Virus record (IMG/VR): IMGVR_UViG_3300037467_003078
Source: a virus
Strand: one strand, 5' to 3'
Length of the DNA: 64,000 bases
The position numbers and the translations under genes are program-made. The notes below the pieces were generated by a model that made no database searches, had not been told where the DNA came from, and saw nothing but the letters and a program-made list of their open reading frames with translations. Positions within the stretch are counted from its first letter, which is position 1. Each line of letters opens with the position of its first letter. This document shows, piece by piece, positions 1-8,321 of the stretch.

Positions 1-866
1 GAACTAAACTCAGTTTCTTCCTCACTATAGATTGGGTCTAATCCTAAGTTCATCAGGGCTTGGTTTGCATTGTAGCGTAAGAAACGCTTAACATCATTTT
101 CAATACCAATCTCAGCATATAATTCAGTAGTATAGTAGTCTTCATTAGCCATTAATGTTGTTAGCATTAATTTGATTTCTGCCTCTGCGACAATCTTATC
201 TTCATTAGATAGCTTTCCAAAGTCTTCTTGTGCCAACATTCCTACATATGCTCCGTGAATTGCCTCGTCACGAATGATAAGGTTGATAATCTCAGCACTA
301 TTTGTCATTATTCCATTTCCTGCTAAGTAAAGAGGGTAGTAAAAACCTGAATAGAATAAATATGATTCTAGGAAAACACTAGCTACCTTACGAAGATAAT
401 TATTTAATGGAGATTGTGGTCTATCATAGTATGATTGAATATAACTTGCTTTAAATTGCAAGAACTTATCTTCTCGTATCCAATCATGTACTGCGTCAAT
501 CTCAGACTTAGTTAGCAAAGTCGTAAAAATAGTAGAATATGATTTAGCATGAATACCTTCCATAGCACCCATGAAGTTAAGTAACGAGCGTCTTGTAAGA
601 TACTCGTCACCTTCATAATCTGCTGATACCTTTGGCATACCTACATTAGCTTGTTTAGTGTCTAGTAGGGTAAGTCCACCTAAAGCACGAACAAATGCTT
701 TCTGTTCAGCCTCAGTTAATCTTGCGAATGGCTTTACATCTTCGGAAGGGACAAACTCCTCGTCTCTCCAAAACTGTTTAAGGTTTTGTAACCAAAATAT
801 TTCTGTTGTTTCATCTGATTTAGTCCAATCGGTAGCACTATGAACTTGCGTAATTTCTTCACTCAT
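1..866 (-). CDS. nrdF: Class Ib ribonucleotide reductase beta subunit (partial; runs off the left edge)
   Basis: Not in the ORF track; translated by hand from ATG at 866 (RBS AAGGAGG): MSEEITQVHSATDW...LLDTKQ...MEGIHAKSY...FLESYLFYSGF...IRDEAIHG. All dimetal ligands and the radical Tyr are present; it lies directly downstream of nrdE. Confidence 0.95.
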   Translation of the reverse strand, partial: MSEEITQVHSATDWTKSDETTEIFWLQNLKQFWRDEEFVPSEDVKPFARLTEAEQKAFVRALGGLTLLDTKQANVGMPKVSADYEGDEYLTRRSLLNFMGAMEGIHAKSYSTIFTTLLTKSEIDAVHDWIREDKFLQFKASYIQSYYDRPQSPLNNYLRKVASVFLESYLFYSGFYYPLYLAGNGIMTNSAEIINLIIRDEAIHGAYVGMLAQEDFGKLSNEDKIVAEAEIKLMLTTLMANEDYYTTELYAEIGIENDVKRFLRYNANQALMNLGLDPIYSEEETEFS

Positions 867-878
867 TTCCGTTCCTCC

Positions 879-2981
879 TTAAACTGCACATGCAACACAC
901 TCGTCAATACTTAATAATTTAGTACGAGTATAGTAGATTGCTTTTAATCCTTTATCGTGAGCGTAAGCATAATCGCTTACTAGTTGTTCTGTTGTATAGT
1001 TGCTATCAACATACAATGTAGTAGAGATACCTTGGTCAATATGTTGTTGGATAACTGCAACTAAGTCAATATATTTCTTCGTATCAATAGTGTAAGCGTC
1101 TTTATAGAAGAACATATTCTCATTAGTCATGTAAGGCATTGGATATTGAGTAGTTGAATCTCCGTATTTACGAGTCTCAATTTTATCCATGATTGGTCCG
1201 ATACCTGCTGTAGCAGACTGTACATACGAAATATTTCCAGTAGGTGCGATTGCTAATCGGTATGCGTGTGCTAATCCGTTTTCAGCTACCTTCTCTGCTA
1301 ATGCAATCCAATCTTCTTGTGTTGGAATATAAATTCCTTCAAATAACTGTTGTACCTTCTCTGTTCGAGGTGCAAAGCTATTCTCTACATATTTCTTGAA
1401 GTAACGACCATTAGCATAATCAGACTTCTCGAATCCTTCAAAGATGAATCCTTCTTCCATAGCAATCTCCATAGAGCGTTCAATAGAATAGTAGTTCATA
1501 GCCATGAAGAATGTATTAGCGAAATCTTTTGCCTCTCTGCTCTCGTACATCATGAAGTTCTTAGCAAAGTAACCATGTAGGTTCATTACACCTAATCCAA
1601 TTGCTCTAAACATATCGTTTCCGTTTTTAACCGTTGGAACTGAATCAATAGAAGTCTTCTTGGCTACTGTATTAAGAGAGTCCACTCCTGCTCGTACTGA
1701 GTCACGAATTGCTTTGTTATCCATAACATTAACGATATTTAATGACGCTAAGTTACACGATACATCATAATTCCAATCAGACTGTAAGTGACGACCTCTT
1801 ACCTCAGATAGCTTATGTAGTTGATAAATTTCTGTACAAAGATTAGACATTACAATTCTACCAATCTCTTTTAGTGGGTTTTGCTTATTAGCATTATCAA
1901 TGAAGATAAGGTAAGGGTATCCACTTTGTTGAGATGTGATAGCAATATTATTAGCAAAATCTCGTGCATTTACTTGTTTCTTTTTAACATTAGGGTTGGC
2001 AACTAATTTATCATACCACTCATTCATGTCCATGTCGTCCATATGAATACCATACTCTTTAAACACTGAGTAAGGATAGAATTGATAGAAAGGTTGGTCT
2101 GCTTTTAGTTTCTCAATGAATTTACTAGATACTGTAACACCAATAGATAATGTCTTTAGACGAATAGTATCATCTGCATTAATCTTTTTTGCCTCCAACA
2201 ATGTATGTACATCAGGGTGGTGAATGTTAGCGTAAACTACTGCTGAACCTTTACGCTGACCTAGTTGGTTGTAGTATGCAACTGTTGACTCAATCATACG
2301 AGCAACACCTATGATACCACTAGCCGCACCTTCGATACCTTTGATAGGCTCACCACTAGCACGAACTTTAGAAAGGTTAACACCTACTCCTCCACCCATG
2401 CGAGATAGCTGTGCCACACACTCTTTAACATACTCTATGCCTTCTGTGCTATCAGGTGTATCTAGTAAGAAACATGATACAAGTTCACCTGAACGCTTTC
2501 TTCCTGCATTTAAGAATGTAGGAGTTGCAGGTTGTAGGTTTTGTTCAATAAGCATTTTAGCAATCATCATAGCCTTGTCGAACTTACCATCACCTAATAG
2601 TATAGCGTTTGCTACAACACGGTCTTCATATCGCTCCAAGAATCTTTCTTGGTCGTTTGTTTCTAATGCGTAATTATTGTAAAATTTAAACGCACTCATG
2701 AATGAAGGGAAACGGAATTTTTTTCCGTATACAAATTTAGATAATTTCTTTATTTGATTGAAAGAGTATTTATTAAATACTTCTGTATCGTAATATTCAT
2801 TCTCGAACATATAGTCCATTTTTTCTTCTAGACCTTCATGAAACCATACCATATTCTGATTCACATGGTCAATGAAGTAAGCTTTAACAGCCTCCTTGTC
2901 TTTCTCGAATTGGTAACGACCATTTTTCATTACCTTAACTTCATTGTTTAATTCAATGTAGCTTTTGCTCAATTCTCTCAA
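879..2981 (-). CDS. nrdE: Class Ib ribonucleotide reductase alpha subunit
   Basis: Motifs ATPTFLNAG, SCFLL, SNLCTEI and C-terminal CVAC; no ATP cone; 700 aa uninterrupted. Confidence 0.96.
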   Translation of the reverse strand: MRELSKSYIELNNEVKVMKNGRYQFEKDKEAVKAYFIDHVNQNMVWFHEGLEEKMDYMFENEYYDTEVFNKYSFNQIKKLSKFVYGKKFRFPSFMSAFKFYNNYALETNDQERFLERYEDRVVANAILLGDGKFDKAMMIAKMLIEQNLQPATPTFLNAGRKRSGELVSCFLLDTPDSTEGIEYVKECVAQLSRMGGGVGVNLSKVRASGEPIKGIEGAASGIIGVARMIESTVAYYNQLGQRKGSAVVYANIHHPDVHTLLEAKKINADDTIRLKTLSIGVTVSSKFIEKLKADQPFYQFYPYSVFKEYGIHMDDMDMNEWYDKLVANPNVKKKQVNARDFANNIAITSQQSGYPYLIFIDNANKQNPLKEIGRIVMSNLCTEIYQLHKLSEVRGRHLQSDWNYDVSCNLASLNIVNVMDNKAIRDSVRAGVDSLNTVAKKTSIDSVPTVKNGNDMFRAIGLGVMNLHGYFAKNFMMYESREAKDFANTFFMAMNYYSIERSMEIAMEEGFIFEGFEKSDYANGRYFKKYVENSFAPRTEKVQQLFEGIYIPTQEDWIALAEKVAENGLAHAYRLAIAPTGNISYVQSATAGIGPIMDKIETRKYGDSTTQYPMPYMTNENMFFYKDAYTIDTKKYIDLVAVIQQHIDQGISTTLYVDSNYTTEQLVSDYAYAHDKGLKAIYYTRTKLLSIDECVACAV

Positions 2982-3327
2982 TCCTTTCCACTAATTGTTC
3001 TCTGTCTTTGTCAGTACCTTTCATCTCAAATTTGAGAAGTATTGGCACTCCATACTGTTGATGTATAACATCAGCACTCTTACAGTATGTACCTCTTAGT
3101 TTCCACACTTGTCTTCCACTAGCACAAACACCTCTCATATTTCTATGATGTTCTTTTAGGAAACTAGCTACATTTTCAGGTACTTCTCCAAAGCCATGAG
3201 TAGGGGTGATAAGTATGTATTCACCTAGATTATCTTCATAGTCATTGATGTGATATGTTTCATACTTGTCGATACTGTCTACAAACTTCTGTATTTGTCC
3301 TGTGAGTGAGTAATATACGATTACCAC
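2953..3327 (-). CDS. nrdI: NrdI flavodoxin
   Basis: YYSLTGQIQKFV, LITPTHGFGEVP, GVCASG and ILLKFEMKGT match the NrdI pattern; overlaps the nrdE start. Confidence 0.9.
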   Translation of the reverse strand: MVIVYYSLTGQIQKFVDSIDKYETYHINDYEDNLGEYILITPTHGFGEVPENVASFLKEHHRNMRGVCASGRQVWKLRGTYCKSADVIHQQYGVPILLKFEMKGTDKDREQLVERIERIEQKLH

Positions 3328-3338
3328 AACGTCACCAC

Positions 3339-3977
3339 CTATAGATTTTTTAACTTAGCACTTTCACCTAGGGAAAAATTCGTTCGTCTACTTCTTCCTT
3401 CTCGTACTTCTCTTATGTATTTCTTTGTCAATATGTTGCCTCGGTCTTCTTTATGTGGGGAGAACTCCTCCCAATGAAATCTAGACACTGGCACTCTTAT
3501 TGTTGACTTACCATATACCTTAGTAGGACGAATACCTAGGTTGAGGATTTCCTCAGGCTTAACTAAGATGAATTTAGGACTTGCAGTATCAAAGCCCATT
3601 ACAAATAGAATGACAACTTTTTCTAACTCCTTGTATTGTTCTAATTGCTTAACTTTGAAAAAGCACTCTTGAGAGTGTGGGTTGCAGACCTTAACCTCTA
3701 CGAAGTTTGCTCTAATTCTTCTATTCTCCTTATACTTCAACAAGTAGTCGGGGAACAGGTCTACGTTGGCAACCTCGTTATCTTTGTCGTAAGAAATCTG
3801 ACCTTCTTCATCAGAGCCACAATATACAATCTCAGGGTGTTCTACATCACTGTTATGTAAAATATCTCGAAAAACATTAATTGATTTAACTTCTGCTTTC
3901 AATCCTTTTTCCATATCAGAAATAAATTCTTCTTTTGTTCTATCGTCAAATTTGTAATTGTTTACTGTCATCTTCAA
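3339..3977 (-). CDS. Hypothetical protein with a PD-(D/E)xK nuclease-like motif
   Basis: FPDYLL...FVEVKVC spacing is typical of restriction-endonuclease folds; good RBS; first gene after a consensus promoter. Confidence 0.55.
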   Translation of the reverse strand: MKMTVNNYKFDDRTKEEFISDMEKGLKAEVKSINVFRDILHNSDVEHPEIVYCGSDEEGQISYDKDNEVANVDLFPDYLLKYKENRRIRANFVEVKVCNPHSQECFFKVKQLEQYKELEKVVILFVMGFDTASPKFILVKPEEILNLGIRPTKVYGKSTIRVPVSRFHWEEFSPHKEDRGNILTKKYIREVREGRSRRTNFSLGESAKLKNL

Positions 3978-3989
3978 TCCTCTCCTTAT

Positions 3990-4018
3990 ATTATAGTTGA
4001 ATTATAATAGGAAGTCAA
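3990..4018 (-). promoter_or_regulatory. sigmaA-type promoter for the nuclease-nrdIEF operon
   Basis: TTGACT-N17-TATAAT. Confidence 0.85.
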
Positions 4019-4029
4019 TGAAAAACTTC

Positions 4030-4494
4030 CTACTTTTTAAATAACTCATAATCACAATCGCATGGCTCTGTATCTCCACATAATAAGCACTGTGTTTTAA
4101 ATTGTGTTGACCAATGTGGTATCTCGTTAAATATGTAAGACTCAATTTGTAGCCAATCAATTCCTCCGTTCATTTGTGCGTAAATACCTTTATCATCAAT
4201 ATAGCAGTGAGCGAATACTTTTCTTCCTCCTTCGCCCCAATACTGTCTTTCTGACGGTAAAATCTCGTTAAAAGAATCGTATGGAATGTCATGGTCTGCA
4301 AGGAACTTTTTAACCTTCTCCTCGTGCTCTCCTGTCCTACAAGTCCAAATACAAATTTCTCCACCGTTCTCTTTAATTCTTCTTATTACTCTATCTGCAT
4401 GAGGGTTGAGTTCCCCAATTTCAGGGAACTTCGTACCTCGTGTAATTGTATCGTCAAAGTCAATGGCGTAAGTACTAAACTTCATTTTGTTCAT
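4030..4494 (-). CDS. HAD-superfamily phosphatase
   Basis: Motif I IDFDDT, motif II WTCR and motif IV YIDDK. Confidence 0.8.
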   Translation of the reverse strand: MNKMKFSTYAIDFDDTITRGTKFPEIGELNPHADRVIRRIKENGGEICIWTCRTGEHEEKVKKFLADHDIPYDSFNEILPSERQYWGEGGRKVFAHCYIDDKGIYAQMNGGIDWLQIESYIFNEIPHWSTQFKTQCLLCGDTEPCDCDYELFKK

Positions 4495-4498
4495 AATT

Positions 4499-4972
4499 TT
4501 ATGCTCTCTCCTTTGCTAGTTGATTTGCAAATGGAAGTATCCAAATATATACAGGGTCTTCCAGTGATGGCATTACCTGTGGTATAGGCGAATTGTACCC
4601 TCTGCTAGACTCTACTAATCTAAGTATATTATCGAATGTGTCTGAGCCTACTGTGGGCATTAGAGAGATAACTGTTTGCCTAACTGACAATGTAGACATA
4701 ATATCTTCTACAATGTCATCTTCATCATTAAGTTTGAACTTTGTGATTCCTTGAATCAATACTGCACTTATAACACAATCTCTTATGTAATCTTCTACAT
4801 CTAAGACATCTAAGAATGTAGTAGCATATTGTACAGCTAGGTCAGTTTCCTCAATATATTTGCTAATGTTTGAATAAAACTCAGGTGCTTTGGACAGACT
4901 CTCTACTGTAAAGTCTCTGATTTTATCGTCATTAATTATTTCTATGTGTGGTGTGAATATGCTAAACAACAT
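4499..4972 (-). CDS. Degenerate HD-fold protein (metal ligands lost)
   Basis: Follows the phage HD-protein pattern (IRDFTVESLSKAPEFY, RDCVISAVLIQGITK), but the HD dyad position reads QG and the protein has a single His near the N-terminus. Confidence 0.5.
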   Translation of the reverse strand: MLFSIFTPHIEIINDDKIRDFTVESLSKAPEFYSNISKYIEETDLAVQYATTFLDVLDVEDYIRDCVISAVLIQGITKFKLNDEDDIVEDIMSTLSVRQTVISLMPTVGSDTFDNILRLVESSRGYNSPIPQVMPSLEDPVYIWILPFANQLAKERA

Positions 4973-5535
4973 TACTTAGCCTCCTTGTCAAGCTGTCTAA
5001 ACATTTCAGCGTGAATGATATTGTTGATAACTCCTATAGTGGCATGTGCGTAGCCTCTTATGTTCTTAACAACATAATCATACTGACCTTTATTAGCCAT
5101 CTCTTTATCATATGTAGATATTCGACCATTTACTTTTTCTGTGCTGTCTCCTCTGTCGAACATATTGTCAACACAATCATCTTCGTCTGCATATAAGAAT
5201 ATAGACACTACATTGTCGTAAACATCTGCGAATTGTTTAAAGCCATGATTGTCACAGATTACATACGCATGACCATTTTCGAGTTTACTTTGTAATTCGT
5301 CCTTAGTTGTTCCATAGTAGTTTCCTGCGTACTCAGTCCATTCAGCTAGTTCGTCAAAAGCTATAAGCTCTTTAAATTCTTCCTTAGAAACAAATAAGTA
5401 GTCTACACCTTGTACTTCGCCTTCACGAGTGGTTCTTGATGTGATACTGCCTACTTCATTTGTCATACATTGTCTCATTACGGTTGTTTTTCCTGCACCA
5501 CTTGGACCTGTTATACAAAATAAGATATTACTCAT
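4972..5535 (-). CDS. gmk: Guanylate kinase-like nucleoside monophosphate kinase
   Basis: P-loop GPSGAGKT; TSRTTREGEVQGVDYLFVS; EYAGNYYGT. Confidence 0.88.
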   Translation of the reverse strand: MSNILFCITGPSGAGKTTVMRQCMTNEVGSITSRTTREGEVQGVDYLFVSKEEFKELIAFDELAEWTEYAGNYYGTTKDELQSKLENGHAYVICDNHGFKQFADVYDNVVSIFLYADEDDCVDNMFDRGDSTEKVNGRISTYDKEMANKGQYDYVVKNIRGYAHATIGVINNIIHAEMFRQLDKEAK

Positions 5536-6106
5536 TTTCTAGTTCCTCCTTGTACTCTTTTAAGAGTATATCTAGAATTTCTAAGAATCTATTTTTAGTG
5601 TGTACTATTCCTAGATTAGGGATATACACTCCGTTGTAGATTGGCTCTATGTCAAAGTCTTCGGGATTAATCATTAGTTGACCAATTTCATTAGCAAGAA
5701 GAAAATCATCATAGTGTTTAATTGTTTTCCATTCTTCCTCGGTTGGTTCTTCAATGTCAAAGTGTTGCCAAACTACTGTTGCAACCTTATCTTCTAGGTC
5801 TGTGTAAATTTTTCCTAATACTGATTTTAATGGTCTGCTAACATCTGTTAAGTAGGTCTCTGTAGCGTCATGTAGCATTAATAGCAGTTGTATTCTAGCT
5901 GACATTCCATCTTTCCTAGCCTGTTCTGCACACAAGATAGAGTGTGTTGCTACACTATAAAATATCTTTGTGTGTCCTGTGAATCTACAATTCTGTGACA
6001 ATGAGTGAGCAATATCTTCCTTGCTAACTTCTTCGGGTCTAGGGTCTAATAGATGAAAGTGAATACCTGTGTAAGTCTGAATCCATTGTCCTCTGTTACG
6101 TTGCAT
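5528..6106 (-). CDS. HD-domain phosphohydrolase (YfbR/YfdR-like 5'-deoxynucleotidase family)
   Basis: IAHSLS..CRF.GH...YSVATHS...LHDATETYLTD...PLK pattern. Confidence 0.85.
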   Translation of the reverse strand: MQRNRGQWIQTYTGIHFHLLDPRPEEVSKEDIAHSLSQNCRFTGHTKIFYSVATHSILCAEQARKDGMSARIQLLLMLHDATETYLTDVSRPLKSVLGKIYTDLEDKVATVVWQHFDIEEPTEEEWKTIKHYDDFLLANEIGQLMINPEDFDIEPIYNGVYIPNLGIVHTKNRFLEILDILLKEYKEELENE

Positions 6107-6154
6107 AACATCACTCCTAATCGTTTTATAAAGATAAGAAGGGAAGAACCCCTC

Positions 6155-7330
6155 TTACTTCTTTTTCTTTCTTCGTAATGTTGGTGAGATAAAGTACTTC
6201 TCTGATGTTTGTTCTAACATTTCTTGAATCTCAGGATTATTCTTAGCTAGTTTGTCAACCTCAGCTTTTTTAACTGATAGTAGATTCTCAAATTCCTCAG
6301 GGAAACAAGCAATTACTGTGCTAATGTCATAGTTGACACGAGCATTGTTAGTTACATATCTTTCTGCTCCTCCTACATCAATAGGTGAGTTATCAGTAGA
6401 TTTTAACTCTTGCTTGAATCTAGCCTCGATTTCTTTCTTTCTATCTTCAAGAATCTTTTTGTGTATATTAATCTTTTCTAATTCAGAGTCCAAGTTTTCT
6501 AACTCTAAGTTTTTAACATCTAGGTCTTCTGCCTCACCATTTATAAGTTCTTGGTAAGCGTGGCAACCACTTCTAGCGTCACACCAACCACAATACTTAT
6601 TTAATGTAGCCTTAGGTGACACATCATTCTTAATTTGATGATACATATGAATCAACCATTGTTTAAATACAACTAGTTCTTCATCTGTTCTACTAGAGCG
6701 AACCTTTTCTCCTAATCTAACATAATGTAATTCTAGCTTTACATTGTCATACTCAGGATACATATATTTAGCTACTAGAGCATACATGCTTAACTGTTCG
6801 TCTTCACTAGCCTCAAATGATGTTAGTGCTATTCTTGATGTCTTGTAATCTACTATGTATAGTGTATCTGTATCCATATCATAATCAATACGGTCAATAA
6901 ATCCGAATATATATGGCTTATCGTCTTCCTCTAGTTTTTTAAGGAACTCTTTTGCTTGTTCTCTGTCGCTGAAATCAGTATCGCTAACATCTATTACAAT
7001 GTCATCTTCAATATTGATAGCAAACGCTTGTTCAAACCCGATAGCCATTGTCTTGTCTTTATCCGTTGTCTCAGCAAAATTCTTAACCATATCAATACCA
7101 TCTTTATAGTATTGAGGTTCAACAACATCTGATTTCCTCCATTCTTGCTCATAGATTTCAAGAATATCAGTGTCCTCTTGAAACCATCTTTCAAATACTG
7201 TATGAACCATAGTTCCAAAGCGTAAATGAACTGCGTCACTTCTTACTTTGTTCTCATATGCCTCATGATATGCTTGTGTGCATTGTAAGTACTTCTTCAA
7301 TCTACTTGCAGATAGATAGTGTATAATCAA
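6155..7330 (-). CDS. Cas4/RecB-like PD-(D/E)xK exonuclease with Fe-S cysteines
   Basis: YLQC near the N-terminus, GFIDRID...IVDYKT, QLSMYA and CGWCDARSGC. Confidence 0.85.
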   Translation of the reverse strand: MIIHYLSASRLKKYLQCTQAYHEAYENKVRSDAVHLRFGTMVHTVFERWFQEDTDILEIYEQEWRKSDVVEPQYYKDGIDMVKNFAETTDKDKTMAIGFEQAFAINIEDDIVIDVSDTDFSDREQAKEFLKKLEEDDKPYIFGFIDRIDYDMDTDTLYIVDYKTSRIALTSFEASEDEQLSMYALVAKYMYPEYDNVKLELHYVRLGEKVRSSRTDEELVVFKQWLIHMYHQIKNDVSPKATLNKYCGWCDARSGCHAYQELINGEAEDLDVKNLELENLDSELEKINIHKKILEDRKKEIEARFKQELKSTDNSPIDVGGAERYVTNNARVNYDISTVIACFPEEFENLLSVKKAEVDKLAKNNPEIQEMLEQTSEKYFISPTLRRKKKK

Positions 7331-7379
7331 TTACGTCATCTCCTTAAAAGTAAGGGAGAGAACTAGTCTCTCCTATGTA

Positions 7380-7634
7380 TTATTTACTTTTGTTTTCAAA
7401 GTACTTATTGAATTGGAATTTAACTTCATCACGAGCGTACTCAACTAAGCCACGCACAACGATTAAGTCATTGATTCCTACTGTTTTAAAGAAAGTTTCT
7501 CCATCTTTTCTGCGACCAACAACAACCATGAATCCTACATCTTCTAAGTTCAGTGTATCGTTTGGATTCTCTTGCTCCACCTCTGTTAATGGTACTTCAA
7601 TAATTTCTTCGTTTACTTTGTTTTGTTCTGACAT
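7380..7634 (-). CDS. Hypothetical protein
   Basis: Strong RBS (AAGGAGG); first gene after a consensus promoter. Confidence 0.7.
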   Translation of the reverse strand: MSEQNKVNEEIIEVPLTEVEQENPNDTLNLEDVGFMVVVGRRKDGETFFKTVGINDLIVVRGLVEYARDEVKFQFNKYFENKSK

Positions 7635-7665
7635 TCTAAATTCCTCCTTGATTGGTTATAAGATA

Positions 7666-7697
7666 ATTATAATACAAGTTTATTAGTTTGTCAAGGG
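7666..7697 (-). promoter_or_regulatory. sigmaA-type promoter for the Cas4-HD-gmk-HAD operon
   Basis: CCC-TTGACA-N17-TATAAT. Confidence 0.88.
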
Positions 7698-8321
7698 TAA
7701 ATACCTTGCTCTATATTCATCTTTTATCTTGGTAATTCCTCGTCTTATAATTGCATATGTATTTTGATAGTGTAGTCCAGTTTGAATGGAAATGTTTTTA
7801 GGTGACATATCTTTGATTATATACAGATACATAACCAGTGCTTTCTCTCCTTCAAAAGAAGAAGAAATTATTTCAGTTATATGTCTAGTAAACTCTCTTT
7901 CTTCTGCTATTTCTAGAGTCTCTCTTTCATCTCTTAACTGTAAAGATGATTCCATGTCTTTATCAAGGTCGTATACTTGACGGTCACATGATATTTCTTC
8001 TTGCTCAAATATGTCTCTCATTTCAGCGTTCCAATATTCAAGTTCTCTACAACACTGTCGTTTCATAAATGACTTAGCGTAACTAAAAAAACTAGGATTC
8101 TTAGGGTCATATTTAATACAAGCCTCATATAGTGCGTTAAGACATATTGAGTAGAAATCATCAAACTCAAATTTATAATGAAGACTAGAGAAATACTCTG
8201 AATGACTAACCATGAGGGGCTTTGCTAACCCCTCTAGTTGTCTAAATGAATCTCCGTCTCCTTCTACTACTTTAGCTACTAGGTCTTTTACCTCCTGTTG
8301 TTTATCTCTCAATTTACTCAT
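7683..8321 (-). CDS. Phage RNA polymerase sigma factor (group 4 / sigmaH-ComX-like size)
   Basis: Region 2 (DDFYSICLNALYEACIKYDP..SFFSYAK) plus a C-terminal region 4 HTH (MSPKNISIQTGLHYQNTYAIIRRG); 4-nt overlap with the dnaE stop. Confidence 0.8.
   Translation of the reverse strand: MSKLRDKQQEVKDLVAKVVEGDGDSFRQLEGLAKPLMVSHSEYFSSLHYKFEFDDFYSICLNALYEACIKYDPKNPSFFSYAKSFMKRQCCRELEYWNAEMRDIFEQEEISCDRQVYDLDKDMESSLQLRDERETLEIAEEREFTRHITEIISSSFEGEKALVMYLYIIKDMSPKNISIQTGLHYQNTYAIIRRGITKIKDEYRARYLPLTN

Noticed and set aside
5528-6106. 2-aminoadenine (Z) genome system (DatZ)
   Set aside because: The HD protein fits the general YfbR/YfdR-like pattern, and no purZ or mazZ-like gene is in the window; it cannot be supported from this sequence alone.
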